DNA from: Nageia nagi
Lineage: Eukaryota; Plantae; Pinophyta
DNA: 64,000 bases
Assembly (NCBI GenBank): GCA_050084985.1
Contig: JBITNC010000001.1
Coordinates: forward strand, 145,948,001-146,012,000
Direction: 5' to 3'
The notes under the pieces were generated by a model that saw only the letters and a list, made by a program, of their open reading frames with translations, did not search any database and was not told the DNA's origin. The position numbers and the translations under genes were made by a program. Positions 39,941 through 52,500 of the stretch are shown piece by piece (the first letter of the stretch is position 1; every line of letters starts with the position of its first letter).

Positions 39941-40450
39941 TTATATGCCTCTTGGTGTATAGTTTTAGCTTTCATCATCATATTATGCCTCTTGGCATAG
40001 AGTTTCAACTCTCATCATCATATTATGCCTCTTAGCATAGAGTTTCAGCTCTCATCATCATATTATGCCTCTTGGCATAGAGTTTTAGCTCTTATCATCA
40101 TATTATGTCTCTTGGCATAGAGTTTAAACTCTCATCATCATATTATGCCTCTTGGCATAGAGTTTTAGCTCTCATCATCATATTATGCCTCTTGGTATAG
40201 AGTTTTAGCTCTTATCATTTATTATGCCTCTTGGCTTATAGTTTCAACTCTCATCATCATATTATGCCTCTTGGTGTAGAGTTTTAGCTCTCATCATCAT
40301 ATTATGCCTCTTGGAATAGAATTTCAACTCTTGTAATCATATTATGCCTCTTGGTGTAGAGTTTCAGCTCTCATCATCATTTTATACCTCTTGGCATAGA
40401 GTTTCAGCTCTCATCATCATATCATGCCTCTTGGCATGGAGTTGAGCTCC
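39941..40450. repeat. Tandem array of a 40 bp unit, ~13 copies
   Basis: Consensus TATTATGCCTCTTGGCATAGAGTTT(C/T)AGCTCTCATCATCA, head-to-tail with no spacers. Confidence 0.97.
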
Positions 40451-40480
40451 CATTCTACTATAGTATGTTATTCACTTTTA

Positions 40481-40615
40481 TTGTCATGTGTGGTCATGTG
40501 TGGTCATGTGTTATCATGTGTGGTCATGTGTTGTCATGTGTGGTCATGTGTTGTCAAATGTGGTCATGTGGTGTCATGTGTGGTCAAATGTTGTCATGTG
40601 TGGTCATGTGTTGTT
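40481..40615. repeat. Tandem array of a 10 bp unit (T[GT]GTCATGTG), ~13 copies
   Basis: Visible directly. Confidence 0.95.
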
Positions 40616-40854
40616 AGTATCATGACAAGGGGTAGATTGAAAAAACATCATTGCAAGGAGTTTTCTCAACCCATATCCAAATTTTACAAGTTTTACTATA
40701 TTATAATCTTTATTGTAATTTAGGTTAATTAGTGTTGGTATTATGCTTATCAATTCCTATTAATACTTTATTGCTATGACATCTTGATTGGTACTTTGAA
40801 TGAAAAATCTCAATGCATGTAGTGATATCAATTTTTCATCCAAAGTGGGGCATC

Positions 40855-41682
40855 TATTATGACATATAATTTATTTATGAATTTAAGTACATATATTTGC
40901 TTACACTAACATACAACTATAATATTTAATTTAATGATATCAATGTTTATCTTGAATATAATCATAATATCAATGCTTATCTTGAATATCATTATGTATT
41001 GTGGACTAACCCTATTTATGTAGGTACACATCAACCTAAGGAGTAGTTCATATTATTATCTATCTAAATAGAGATCTAATAGTAAGTCCACATCAAGGAG
41101 ATACATGATCCCATATCTAGTCTTGGTGGTGGCAATCCTTTAGGTGTCTCTTGACATCGCCATTCAAGGCTATGGTTTGTGTACTTACTTGTGTGAGCTA
41201 TTTTAACAGTGATAATTTATCTATATATCATATTGTTGATTGAAATATTGATATGCAAATTATTGACTTGATTTCAAAGCAAAAAGCACTCTAACAAAGG
41301 CCATTTATGCTCCTTATCCATGCCAAATACACTATCAATGCTCCTACTATATAACATATAGACTGCCTACAGTCCTCTTTTCATTGCATTTTAGATTATA
41401 GCTTTTGGAGTAGGATTTCTCTATCATCCTTATATCAACCATATCATCATTCTTTAGTGTTAGGTGCACTTTTTAAGGTAAGTATACAAATCATACTTCT
41501 TGATTGGTATTGTTATCCTAATTTTAGAGTGGTTATCTTCTTCATCTATTTATTTGTATGGTCTAAATTGCTATCCGTAGCTTGAAATAGGTATTTTAGA
41601 TCTTTTAATTATTTATTTTTTTGTATTCTTAAAATATTTATAAATAGTATCCATAAAGGATATAAAATGATATTAATAAACA
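40855..41682 (+). repeat. 3' LTR of the Tat/Ogre-type element
   Basis: The first ~640 bp repeat 33968-34608. The end is placed at ..AATAAACA by analogy only. Confidence 0.75.
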
Positions 41683-42405
41683 AATGAAAGAATATAAATA
41701 TGATGTTGTAGTGTAATCTTTGGTCCTCTAAAGGTAATAATTTGCATCTTTGCCATGAGATTTATAGAGTTGGCTCTCAAAGTTGTTTGACACTAAGAAT
41801 TAGGGAATAAAGTCACCAAGAATGACATAAATAATGTCATATGATAAATATATCCTAAAGGTATTTAAAAAGGATTTAGTTGGTCTAATAGAGGTCTTAA
41901 CTATATAGAAAAAAAATCATAAGAAAATTATCATAAAATTTTGAAGTGAATGAACTTAAAAAGGGATTTTATCAAATCATAATATAGTGAGTCAGATAAT
42001 CATTGAGTGTTAAGTAAAAATATGGTATTCTTAGAAGTCAACATTAGGGTCTAATTAAATTTTATTAGAAGTCAAGATCACAATAATATCATCCTATGTT
42101 TAGTGATGAGTAATGAACTAATCAAATAAGTGACCTACATGAGGAACATTTCAATTATAAAAGAATTCTTATCATGTATAACTCATGTTTCATAGAAATA
42201 ATAGGCCCAAGATATGTCACATCATATAATGAATTGGGAATCCTAAGATTCGTATGTACATGGCTTATCCAAGGTAGGAATTGAAGAATAAATGAGATGT
42301 AAGAAATTAGGCATGAAAAATGGGAATTTTCATATACAAGGACTTGGTGTTGTAAACATTATTTAAAAAAATATATACAAAATAAATCAAAGAATTTATG
42401 GATTT

Positions 42406-45400
42406 TATTAGGATCACACATCCTAACATTTTAGTGTTAGTATTAGTATTTTATTAAATTATCGACCTATATTATAAATTGTAATATTAGGACTGTAAGG
42501 ATGGGGCCTGATTTTACATTACTATTAGGGTTAGGGTTAGTTTATTATAAATAGATTAAAATATGTGGAGAAATGGATCTTAAACATTAGTTTTCACTTT
42601 TGGAGTTGTAAGGAGGTAGCCCCCTTGAAGAAACCTATGATTTTATTACTATTCAATAAAATCCTATCCTTATCTGCTATTTTGTGTTCTATTTATCAGT
42701 GTATGCTCTATTATTTCCATAGATAATTATCATTTTTCTATTTCAAATTGATATTCATTTCATTTTTACAATATTTCCCTTCTTTATAATTATAGCATCA
42801 TAACATCTAGTATCAAATCTCTTTCTAGGGCCATTCTATTGCATGGAAAAAAATTCTTAGAGGTCAAGTTAAAAACCCTATATCAAGGGTTTTAAAATAT
42901 CTAGAAAAAATTATCATTTTTGGATAAGCACACTTGCCCATAAAGCTATGTGTGAAGTGAGGTGCAAAAAAGTCTACATAATATCCAAGCCTCAGAGAGA
43001 ACCCTACACAAAATTGAACTCCACATATCAAAAAAATATATCAAAGACTATTTAGGCTATAAATAGAAACTAGGTAGGAAGTTGTGTCAAATATTTGTAA
43101 ATTGTAGTGCACTAGCAAGTGCTGCTAGAAAGTTACTTGTCATAGAAGCCATCTCTATAGCCTCTTTCCTTGCAAAAGTTGGATAAGAGGGGTGTTTAGA
43201 CAAGCCTATAGAGTAGATAATCCTTACCCTAGAATCGTTCCTTCACACAAAAAGCCTTGATTTAAGAAGTAGAATGTATGACATGCAATTTTTTAGATCC
43301 ACCAAAAATAGCAATTCAGAGGTAGCAAAAACTTCAAAGCTAAATAACTAAAAATCTATACTATTTCAATAGTTTTTAACAAAAGTAGATAGACCCATAG
43401 ATTTTAAAAGAAATTAAGAGTCCAAAAATCATCATCATGATACCTAGCCCATTGTGATCATCTTTTTGAGTTGATTATTTTGATATATTACACCCATACA
43501 TTTTTTTAGACACTTTCTAAAAATAATAATTTCTAAAAATAGCAATTTCCAAATATATCAGCTTTGGAAATAGCAGTTTCTAGAAATGGCACCTGAAATA
43601 AGATCCCAAATTATAGCACAAGCTGATACTACCATGATGACATTTCAAACTATGATCCAACAAATAGTAGATACACTTACCAATACATTCAAGGTAAAAA
43701 TATAATAAATACAGACCCAAATACAAACCCTTGATAGTAATGCTGATAGTGTTCAACTAAGTCTTAGTCATACCAACAATGCATCTAGTTCATAGCAAAT
43801 AGGGTAGTTAGGAAATACATAGGGGTATCATCATAACATTTAGAGCCAACAAGGTGGTTTCATTCTTCCCCACACAACCAAATTGGATTTTCCTTGATTT
43901 GGTGGAGATAATCCCATTAGCTAGATTTATAAGGTTGGATAGTATTTCACATTGAACCAAATTCCAAAGGATTTGAAGGTACACATGGCAACTTTTCATT
44001 TAGATGGTGAGGCTCTCCAATGGCATCAGTGGTACTCCAAAACACATCCTACTCCTTCATGGGATGAATTTACTCAACAATTATTGATCTATTTTGGTCC
44101 TAGTGACTATGAAGATTTCATAGGGACATTGACCAAGTTATGTCAAACTACAATAGTCAAAGAATGCCAAAATCAATTTGAGAAATTGGCAAATCACACA
44201 AAGGGGTTAGATGAAACATTTTTCATAAGTTTTTTTTATCATTGAATTAAATAAAGAAATTAAACCAATGATCAAAATGTTTAATCCCAAAACTATGATG
44301 GATGCTATTGCCTTAGCAAAGCTAGTTAATGATAAAGCTAGTGCTTATCGATGAAATGTAAGATCTCCATTGACAAAAACACATAATATTTCCCATTCCT
44401 CGAATAACAAAAGTGCACCACCATCAAATCGCATAATGCCAACTAAGAAGTTGACATGGGAGGAAATGGAAGAGCATAAAAAGAAGGGCTTGTGCTATAA
44501 TTATGATGAGAAATTTATTCATGGTCATCATTGTATGCAAGAAAAGTTATATTTTCTTGATGTTGATGCTCCTAGTGATGAGGAATATGATAGTGCACTT
44601 AAAGAGGCTATAGAGAAAATTCTAGATGAGGAGGCCCCAATTATCTCTTACATGCATTGGTAGGAATTACTACCCCTCAAACTATGAAGGTCAAGGGGTT
44701 TTTTAAAAAGCACCCTCTCATAATATTGTTAGATTTTGTAAGTATTCATAATTTCATTGATCCATAGGTGGCTAAGTTTGTTGACTATTACATCCACCCT
44801 ATAAATAATTTTAAGGTTATGGCTGGTAATGGAGGAAAAATAGCATGTGAAGGCACATGTCACAATGTCAAACTAAGCATGGACCACTATACTTTGGAAA
44901 GTGACATGTATGCTTTACAACTTGGGGGATGTGATATAGTTTTGGGGGTACAATGGCTAAGGACTTTGGGCACTATATAGTTGAATTTTGAAGAGCTATG
45001 AATGACCTTCAAGATATATGAACAAGACCATACTCTTAAGGGATTACAGGGTGGATATGTACAAGTTGTGAGCTCACATTGCATGGAAAAGATCCTACAA
45101 AAAAAATGGAAAAAAGATGCTAGCATAGTTATAATCTTTATCAATCACTGAATTTGATGTCATAGAGCCTAAGGATATGTAGCCCATCTTAAGTAAGCAT
45201 TCAACTACCTTTGAGGAACTAATGGGCTTACTACCCTAGTGGTCACATAATCATGCTATTCAATTGGTGCCAGGAAGTCACCCACCAAATATTCATCCTT
45301 ATCAATATCCTTGTTTACAAAAAAATGAAATTGAAAAATTATTTAAGGAACTACTAGATGCAAGAGTAATCTAACCTTGTGTAAGCCCATATTCTTCTCC

Positions 45401-48378
45401 AAATATATTGGTTCATAATAAACATGGTTCATGGCATATGTGTGTGGATTTTAGGACCCTCAATAAAATTACCATCAAGGATAAATTTCCCATCTTGATC
45501 ATTGATGAATTACTAGATGAACTACATGGGGTAAGATATTTTTCGAAGTTAAACCTATGATCTGTGTATTACCAAATCCACATCAAGGAAGATGATATAC
45601 CAAAAACTACATTTCACACCCATGAGGGCCATTATGATTTCCTAGTCATGCCTTTTAGCCTCACAAATGCTTCATCCACATTTCAAAGTTTAATGAATTA
45701 GGTGTTTCATCCACTTTTCAAGAAGTTCATTTTAGTTTTCTTTAATGATATCTTGTTCTATAGTAATACATGGTAGGAACATATGCCACATGTTTTTCAA
45801 ACCTTATAAATTTTGAAGGAACAATAGCTATATGCAAAAAAATTAAAATGTTCATTTGGCAAGAGGGAAATTGAATACTTAGGCCATATTATATCCAAAG
45901 AGGGAGTTATCCACAAAAGATTACTAACATGCAAAACTTGTCTATTCCTACATATTTGAAAAGTCTTTGAGGATTCTTGGGTTTAATAGGCTATTATAGG
46001 AAATTTTTGAAGGATTATGGCAAGATTGAAACACCTCTAACCATGTTGTTGAAAAATAATGCATTCCAATGGTCTCCTTAAGTTGAGGCAGCTATCCTTA
46101 AGCTCAAGGAGGTGATGTGTGCCACCCTAGTATTAGCAATGCTAGAGTTTTCTAAAACCTTTGTAATAGAAAGTGATGCTTATGGATTAGGAATCAAGGT
46201 AGTATTGATGTAGGAGGGGTATCCCTTAGCATTCACTAGTAGACCACTCTAGTAAAAATTTGGGTAAATCCACTTATGAAAAAGAAATGCTTGCCATCAT
46301 TCATGTAGTTTAATGTTGGAGACTATATCTCATTGGTCACCATTTCATCATCCTCACAAATCATCACATTTTGAAATTTTTCATTGAGCAACACATTTAT
46401 ATGCCTAGGCAACAAAAATGGGTGACCAAACTATTGGGGTATGATTATGAGATAGTATACCATAAAGGTAAGGAAAATGTGGTTATCGATGGTCTATTAA
46501 AAAATTTGAAGATCAAGTAGCACTGTAAGCTCTTTCATTTCCTATTCCTTAATGGGTGGATAAAGTTAAACAAGAGTGGGTAGAGGATAGCTCCACTCAA
46601 GAATTGTTAAAATAGATCACTCAAGACCCTATGAGTAAACCACACCACACATGGCATGATGGTATTATGAGATTCAAAGGTCAAATTTTGTTACCTTCTC
46701 CTTCAAAATGTAAATAAAAAATACTCATCAAATTGCATTCCACACCTACATTAGGACATGATGGATTTTTGAAAATTTATAAGTAGGTGGCATGATTGTT
46801 CTATTGGATAGGTATGAAATTGGATATCAAGAAGTTTGTGGTAGCTTGTGATGTGTGTCAATAACAAAAGGGTAAGATAGTGGGTACTCTAGGACTCCTT
46901 CAACCTCTTTACCATACCTACCCATACATGGACTAATATCTCAATGGATTTCATTAATGGCCTTCCTAATTCAATGATAAATCATTTATTCTAGTGGTGG
47001 TTGATTGGTTATCCAAACATGCTCATTTTGGTTCATTGGATCATCCATACAAAGCTATGATAGCGACATAATTATTCCTAGATACAATTTTCAAACTACA
47101 TGGCATGTCAGAGATGATTATCAATGATCATGATCCCACTTTTACAAGTCATTTTTGGCAAGAGATTTTTAAGCTCCAAGGTACCCAACTAAACATGAGC
47201 TCAACATATCACTTACAAATTGATGGTCAAAATGAAATTATCAACAAATGTTTGAAAACATATTCATATTATTTTTCTTTGCCACAACTTGTGCATTAGG
47301 TACGATGGCTTCCCTTGGTTGAGTGGTGGTATAATACATCTTATCATTCTATCATCAAAGTGACCCCTATGAAGCAATGTATGGTTAAGCTCCACCAATA
47401 GTCAACTCATATGTTACAGATACCACTAAAGTTCATGAAGTTGACTCAACTTTAGTTACTCAATATGATATTATTTATTTACTTAATGATAATCTTTAGA
47501 TAGCCCAACACCATATGAAACAACAAGCTGATCAGCAACATGGTGTTTTTGAGATTGCAACCTTATCACTAGAATTCCTTAAAAATCAAAGGCCCTAAAA
47601 AATTTGCCCCAAAGTTTTTATGGTCCTCACAAGTTGTTACAGTGCATTTTCCCAATTTCATATGAACTAAAGCTTCCTACATCTTCCAAGATTCACCCAA
47701 TGTTTCATGTCTCTTATCTCAAGAAAATGGTTGGATCAAAGGTTTGGGTTCAAACAAAATTACCTAAGTTGGTAGATAATGGATTAATGGTAATTATACC
47801 TAAGGTAATTTTAGATCAATGTTCATGATAGCTTCATAATCACTCCATCATAGAAGTCCTTGTGTAGTGGTAAGGCATGGCACTAGAAGATGCAACATGG
47901 GAAATACTTCATCAACTACAACAATAGTTTTCACACTTCAAGATTTGAGGACAAAGCTTTATCCCAAGAGGGATGGCATGTTTGGATCCCAAATCCTAAC
48001 ATTTTAGTGTTAGTATTAGTATTTTATTAAATTGTTAACCTATATTGTAAATTGTAATATTGTGATTATAAGAGTAGGGCTCAATTTTGCATTACTATTA
48101 GGGTTAGGGTTAGTTTATTATTAATAGATAGAAATATGTGGAGAAATGGATCTTGAACATTATTTTTCACTTTTGGAGTTGTAATGAGGTAGGCCCCTTG
48201 AAGTGGCCTATGATTCTATTACTATCTAATAAAATCCTATCCTTATCTGTTATTTCATGTTCTATTTATCAACACATGCTCTGTTATTTCCATAGATAAT
48301 TATCATTTTCCTTTTTCAAATTGATATTTATTTCATTTCTATAATATTTGTTTTATTTAAAATTGTAGCATTGTAACA
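42406..48378 (+). mobile_element. Full-length decayed Ty3/gypsy chromovirus (Reina-like)
   Basis: 400 bp LTRs at 42406-42805 and 47979-48378. TSD GATTT/TATTT (4 of 5 match). Eroded PBS TAGTATCA at 42808 and PPT AAGAGGGATGGCA. Domain order is gag-PR-RT-RH-INT-chromodomain. Confidence 0.95.
43850..47945 (+). pseudogene. Gypsy gag-pol pseudogene with C-terminal chromodomain
   Basis: KLDFP..GDNP, FHLDGEALQWHQW, KKGLCYNYDEKF..GHHC, DIVLGVQWLRTLG, RT ([10 protein letters not shown]; VFFNDIL), integrase (DPTFTSHFWQE; QIDGQNE), GPY/F-like KIHPMFHVS and chromo EVLV*W..EDATWE. Confidence 0.93.
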
Positions 48379-49551
48379 TATTTTTACTTGGAGGATGCTC
48401 GTATATTATACATATTTGTATGTGGGATTACCTTGAACCACTAAAACTACCAAGTTATTAGAGAGATAGTTTAATGATATTTGAATTTGTGAGGCAAATG
48501 AAGTATCAATATGAATATTTATTATGGAAAAAATTTGAAATGATGAGGCTTCCATTTGGCTTGATGTACATTATGTATGTAGTTATTATGTGGAGCCTAA
48601 AATAATGGTTAACAAACTTAACAATTATTCTCTTGGAAGGATGAGAAAAATGAAAAAATTATTACCCTTATGACATCATCAAATAATATTTAAAAGATAT
48701 ATTTTCTATTCACTTTCAAACATAATTCATTGTGCTATGTTGAGAAACACTATAATGTAAATTTTGAAATTTAAATTATTGATATATTGAAGAAAAATTT
48801 AGAAAATATTCTAATTCATTACTTTAAAAAATTACTTAGAATGTTAATATAACCCACCATTGGAACTAGATTATAAATAATATAGTTTTATAATGTAAAT
48901 CTTGTGAACTACCAAATCTAATACAAATATTATAAAATCATTTTTAAAGTATAAACAACACACTACAAAACACTCATACATGTTCTTGATGTCTTCAACA
49001 ATAAACCACATAAAATGTAAACCAAACCATGAAAATGAAAATAAAAAACAAATAAAATTATAATGCTATACCCATCAATGGTACAAATTAGTATGCATTA
49101 TATTGATTAGTTAGATAAGGTTAGATCGATCATCTGATAATTGAAATCAATCATCAAATTAACCTGTATGATTAGATGATCAATTGTATATTGAGTTATA
49201 CCTATGAGGATGTTTTACAAAATATAATATTATTTTCTTTATGATGTAAAGCTTTGATCATGCTTAAACTATATCATTCTCACCCTTAGTTATGAAAGGA
49301 CCCAGTAGAGAGTTTATTAGATTTAAAAATTAAACTTTAATATCACCATTCATAAAGATATGCATAATATTATCTAAGGTATTACAATATCTAAGCTTGA
49401 AAATATTTTTCTTCACCATATCTCTTATGAAGTGATACTTCATATCAAATTATTTTCACTTGCTACGATGGATTGTGTTATGGGTCAACTATTATCACAA
49501 ACTAATGTTGTTGGGAAATATTGATTTTCATAAAGTTTCTTTAGAATATTT

Positions 49552-52500
49552 TGAAGATTTTAAATAAAAATAAACAATAATGTATAGTAAGAATATATTA
49601 AGGCTAACCATATGTAGAAAAAATAGTGCGAAAAAAAATTGGAGGCCAAAATATATTTGTATTGTAGAGAAGTGAAAGTTACTAAAAGGCTCTCTTAAAG
49701 TTAAACAACAAAACATACACCACTTGTTCTACACCATCCAACATTTTTATGCCTAGGCTATCTATATTTAAACTAAGATAAAATATTATATGCACATAAC
49801 ATGGTCAACAATAAAATTAATTGTAGTATGGGCTTTATGTATGCATTCTACTATCCTTTATGTATAAGTTAGAGGAAGCTGATGCCCTTTATGCCTATAT
49901 GGTATTTAAAAAACCTTAAATGGTAGTAAAAGGTTGATTAATTTTCAACCATTCTTTTATGAAGAGTTAATACCGATGTTTAGAAATTAATGTCAATGAT
50001 CTAGCATTTAATTTTGGAATATAAAGACTTTTTAAAATTGAAATCTAGGTTTCAAAGAAAAAGACACACCATTACGTAGGAACAACCATGAATTGAAATA
50101 ACACATAAGGTTCAAGGCCTAAAATTATGACATCATTCATACAAATCAGTGGGTGCAATAAGTTCCAAAAGGTAGCATGCATTAAGTCCAAGAAAAATAA
50201 AACTTGAATTCTAAAAACTAGATCTTGGATAAGGAAGTCCTAAATTAAATGAGATAGAGCCTAAACATGGAATTACTAAAGCTAAATATAGATAAATCGC
50301 AAAGAACTAACACCCAAGAAGACCCATAGATAACATATAGCCTAGAGGAGAATGTGTAGTGCCTAGAGAATAATACTCACATTTGGGAATGGAGAGAGCA
50401 GAGAGAAAGCCTAAAAAATGATAATACCTAAAGGAACATATTAAGTCCCAGAGTAGCATGGAGATTAGCATTTTCAATAATCCCCTCTCCATGATAACAA
50501 AGAGCATTATCTCTATTGACCAAAAATACCAATACAAAGAAAATAAAGTTAATGATATATGCAATATATACAGAGATTACCCAATACACTATTGTAGTCA
50601 AGGTTCACTAATAATTAGCCCCTAAATATCTAAAGTATGGACTCCAAGTTGGCTTTGAAGATATCAAAATTGATCCTTAGGTAATGTATTTGTAAATATA
50701 TTTGTAATTTGAGAATCAATAGGATAATGATGAAACTAGATAAAGCCATCTTCAACCAAATCTCTCATAAAGTGATGTCATATATTAATATGCTTTGTCC
50801 TAATATGAAACATGGGGTTCTTGGTCATGGAAATCATGCAAATATTATCATAGTGCACTAAAATGGGGAGCTCAATAGGTATGTCCAAATCTTCAAACAT
50901 ACAGGCAAGCCAAATGTCTTATGTACTAGTAGTAGAGATAATAATATACTCAACTTTTGTTAATAAAAGTACAATAATGGATTGCTTCTTATTTCTCCAT
51001 GAGAGAAAAGATTCTCTAAAGAAGAATCCATATCCAGATGTGTTCTTTTGGTCATAAAGGCATCTGATCCAATCAACATTTTTGTAGGCCTTTAAATTTT
51101 CTAGTTTGATGATTTATACCAGAGCCCATATTGATGTGTGCCACTCACAATAGTGTAGGCTCCATTTGGCTACAATCCAATACATTTGATTTGGTGAGTG
51201 CATGAATCAAGCTACTCTAGTAATAGCAAACATGATATCCATCCTAGTAGTAGTGAAATACATAAGGCTAGCTATTAAGGACTGATACATAGTGGTATCA
51301 ACATGTGGAGAGGAGTCCTTCAACATCTTGGATTTGTAAATGATTGGTGTATCAATAGGGATGTAAATTTGCATCTTAAAGTAGGCTAATAGATCTTCCA
51401 CATATTTGGATTGAGTGATCAAAATGCCACTAAAGGGTTGCTTGAATTGTATGCTAAGAAAATAATTCATCTCTCCAAGATCACTCATCTCAAATTCACT
51501 GATCATAGCATTCTTAAATTGATATATCATAGCATTAAAGGTGCTACTAAAAATAATATCATCAACATACAAGCATAGAATAAAGAAGTTGCTACCTTCA
51601 ACTTTTATGTTCAATGTGCTTTCTACTAAGCATTTTTGATAACTATTTTTCCCAAGGTAATAATAAATCCTACCATACCATGATTGAGGTTCTTATTTAA
51701 TACCATAGATAGCCTTTTTGAGTTTATACACCTTATCTACTTGATTAGGAATAATAAAACCTTCAAGATGCTTAACATAAACAACCTCCTTTACATATCC
51801 ATTAAGGAAAGTAGATTTTACATCCATATGATAGACTTTCAATCCAAAATAAGAGGCAAGTGCAAGTAGAGATCTCATAATTTCTAGTTGGACCATGGGG
51901 ACAAAAGTTTCATCATAATCTAGCCCTTCCTTCTAAGCATATCCTTTATCAATTAGATGGGCTTTATTCTTTGCAATAGTCCCATCAAGATTATGCTTCA
52001 ATTTATAAATCCACTTGACACCAATTACCTTATTATCCTTGGGATAAGGTACAAGGTTCTAGGTGTCATTCTTTTGGATTTGCTCAATCTCATCTTCCAT
52101 AGCTTTCTTCCAATCCTCATTGGAAGCAACTTCAATATATGAGGAATGCTCAACAAAGAAGATATTAATGGTTAAGAGATATTTTTCTCTTAAGTTTTAG
52201 CTTTGGTTTATGACTAGGTCATTCTTTTATTGAGCTCTTTATCCAACATCAATGATGGAATATGATATCAACCATTTGTCCAATTATGTTTGGTCGGTGG
52301 AGTATGAGCAATAGGATACTGGTTTGAATATGCTTGTTATGGTGAGCTAGTGGCTAGTGAAGATGGTGATGAAGGTTGAGGAGGAGGAGGAGGTGTAGTA
52401 GTGTGAAAAGGTTCACAATATTCATCAAATTAGAATTTAGAAATGGTATCTTTCGCACCATTTTCATGATTGGTTATGTTCCCTTATTCAAAAATCACAT

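Larger units (their letters stand above)
33968..41682 (+). mobile_element. Non-autonomous (pol-less) Ty3/gypsy Tat/Ogre-type LTR element; right end tentative
   Basis: LTR pair 33968-34608 (truncated) and 40855-~41682. PPT AAAGTGGGGCATC precedes 40855. Contains Ogre/Tat-type gag, an antisense PMD ORF and 3' tandem arrays. No PR/RT/INT seen and no TSD found. Confidence 0.8.

Noticed and set aside
39941-40450. CRISPR-like array
   Set aside because: The units are contiguous 40-mers without unique spacers, there are no cas genes, and the array lies in a plant retroelement 3' region.
40424-40723. 99 aa Cys/Val-rich ORF
   Set aside because: It is a translation artefact of the 10 bp tandem repeat.
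41700-42405. Additional copia RT remnant hosting the chromovirus (KDLG-like motif at ~42340, continuing after 48379)
   Set aside because: It is plausible, but too degraded to delimit or support as a feature.
42525-42540. Interstitial telomere or chromosome-fusion scar
   Set aside because: There are fewer than three units, and they are duplicated as part of the LTR.
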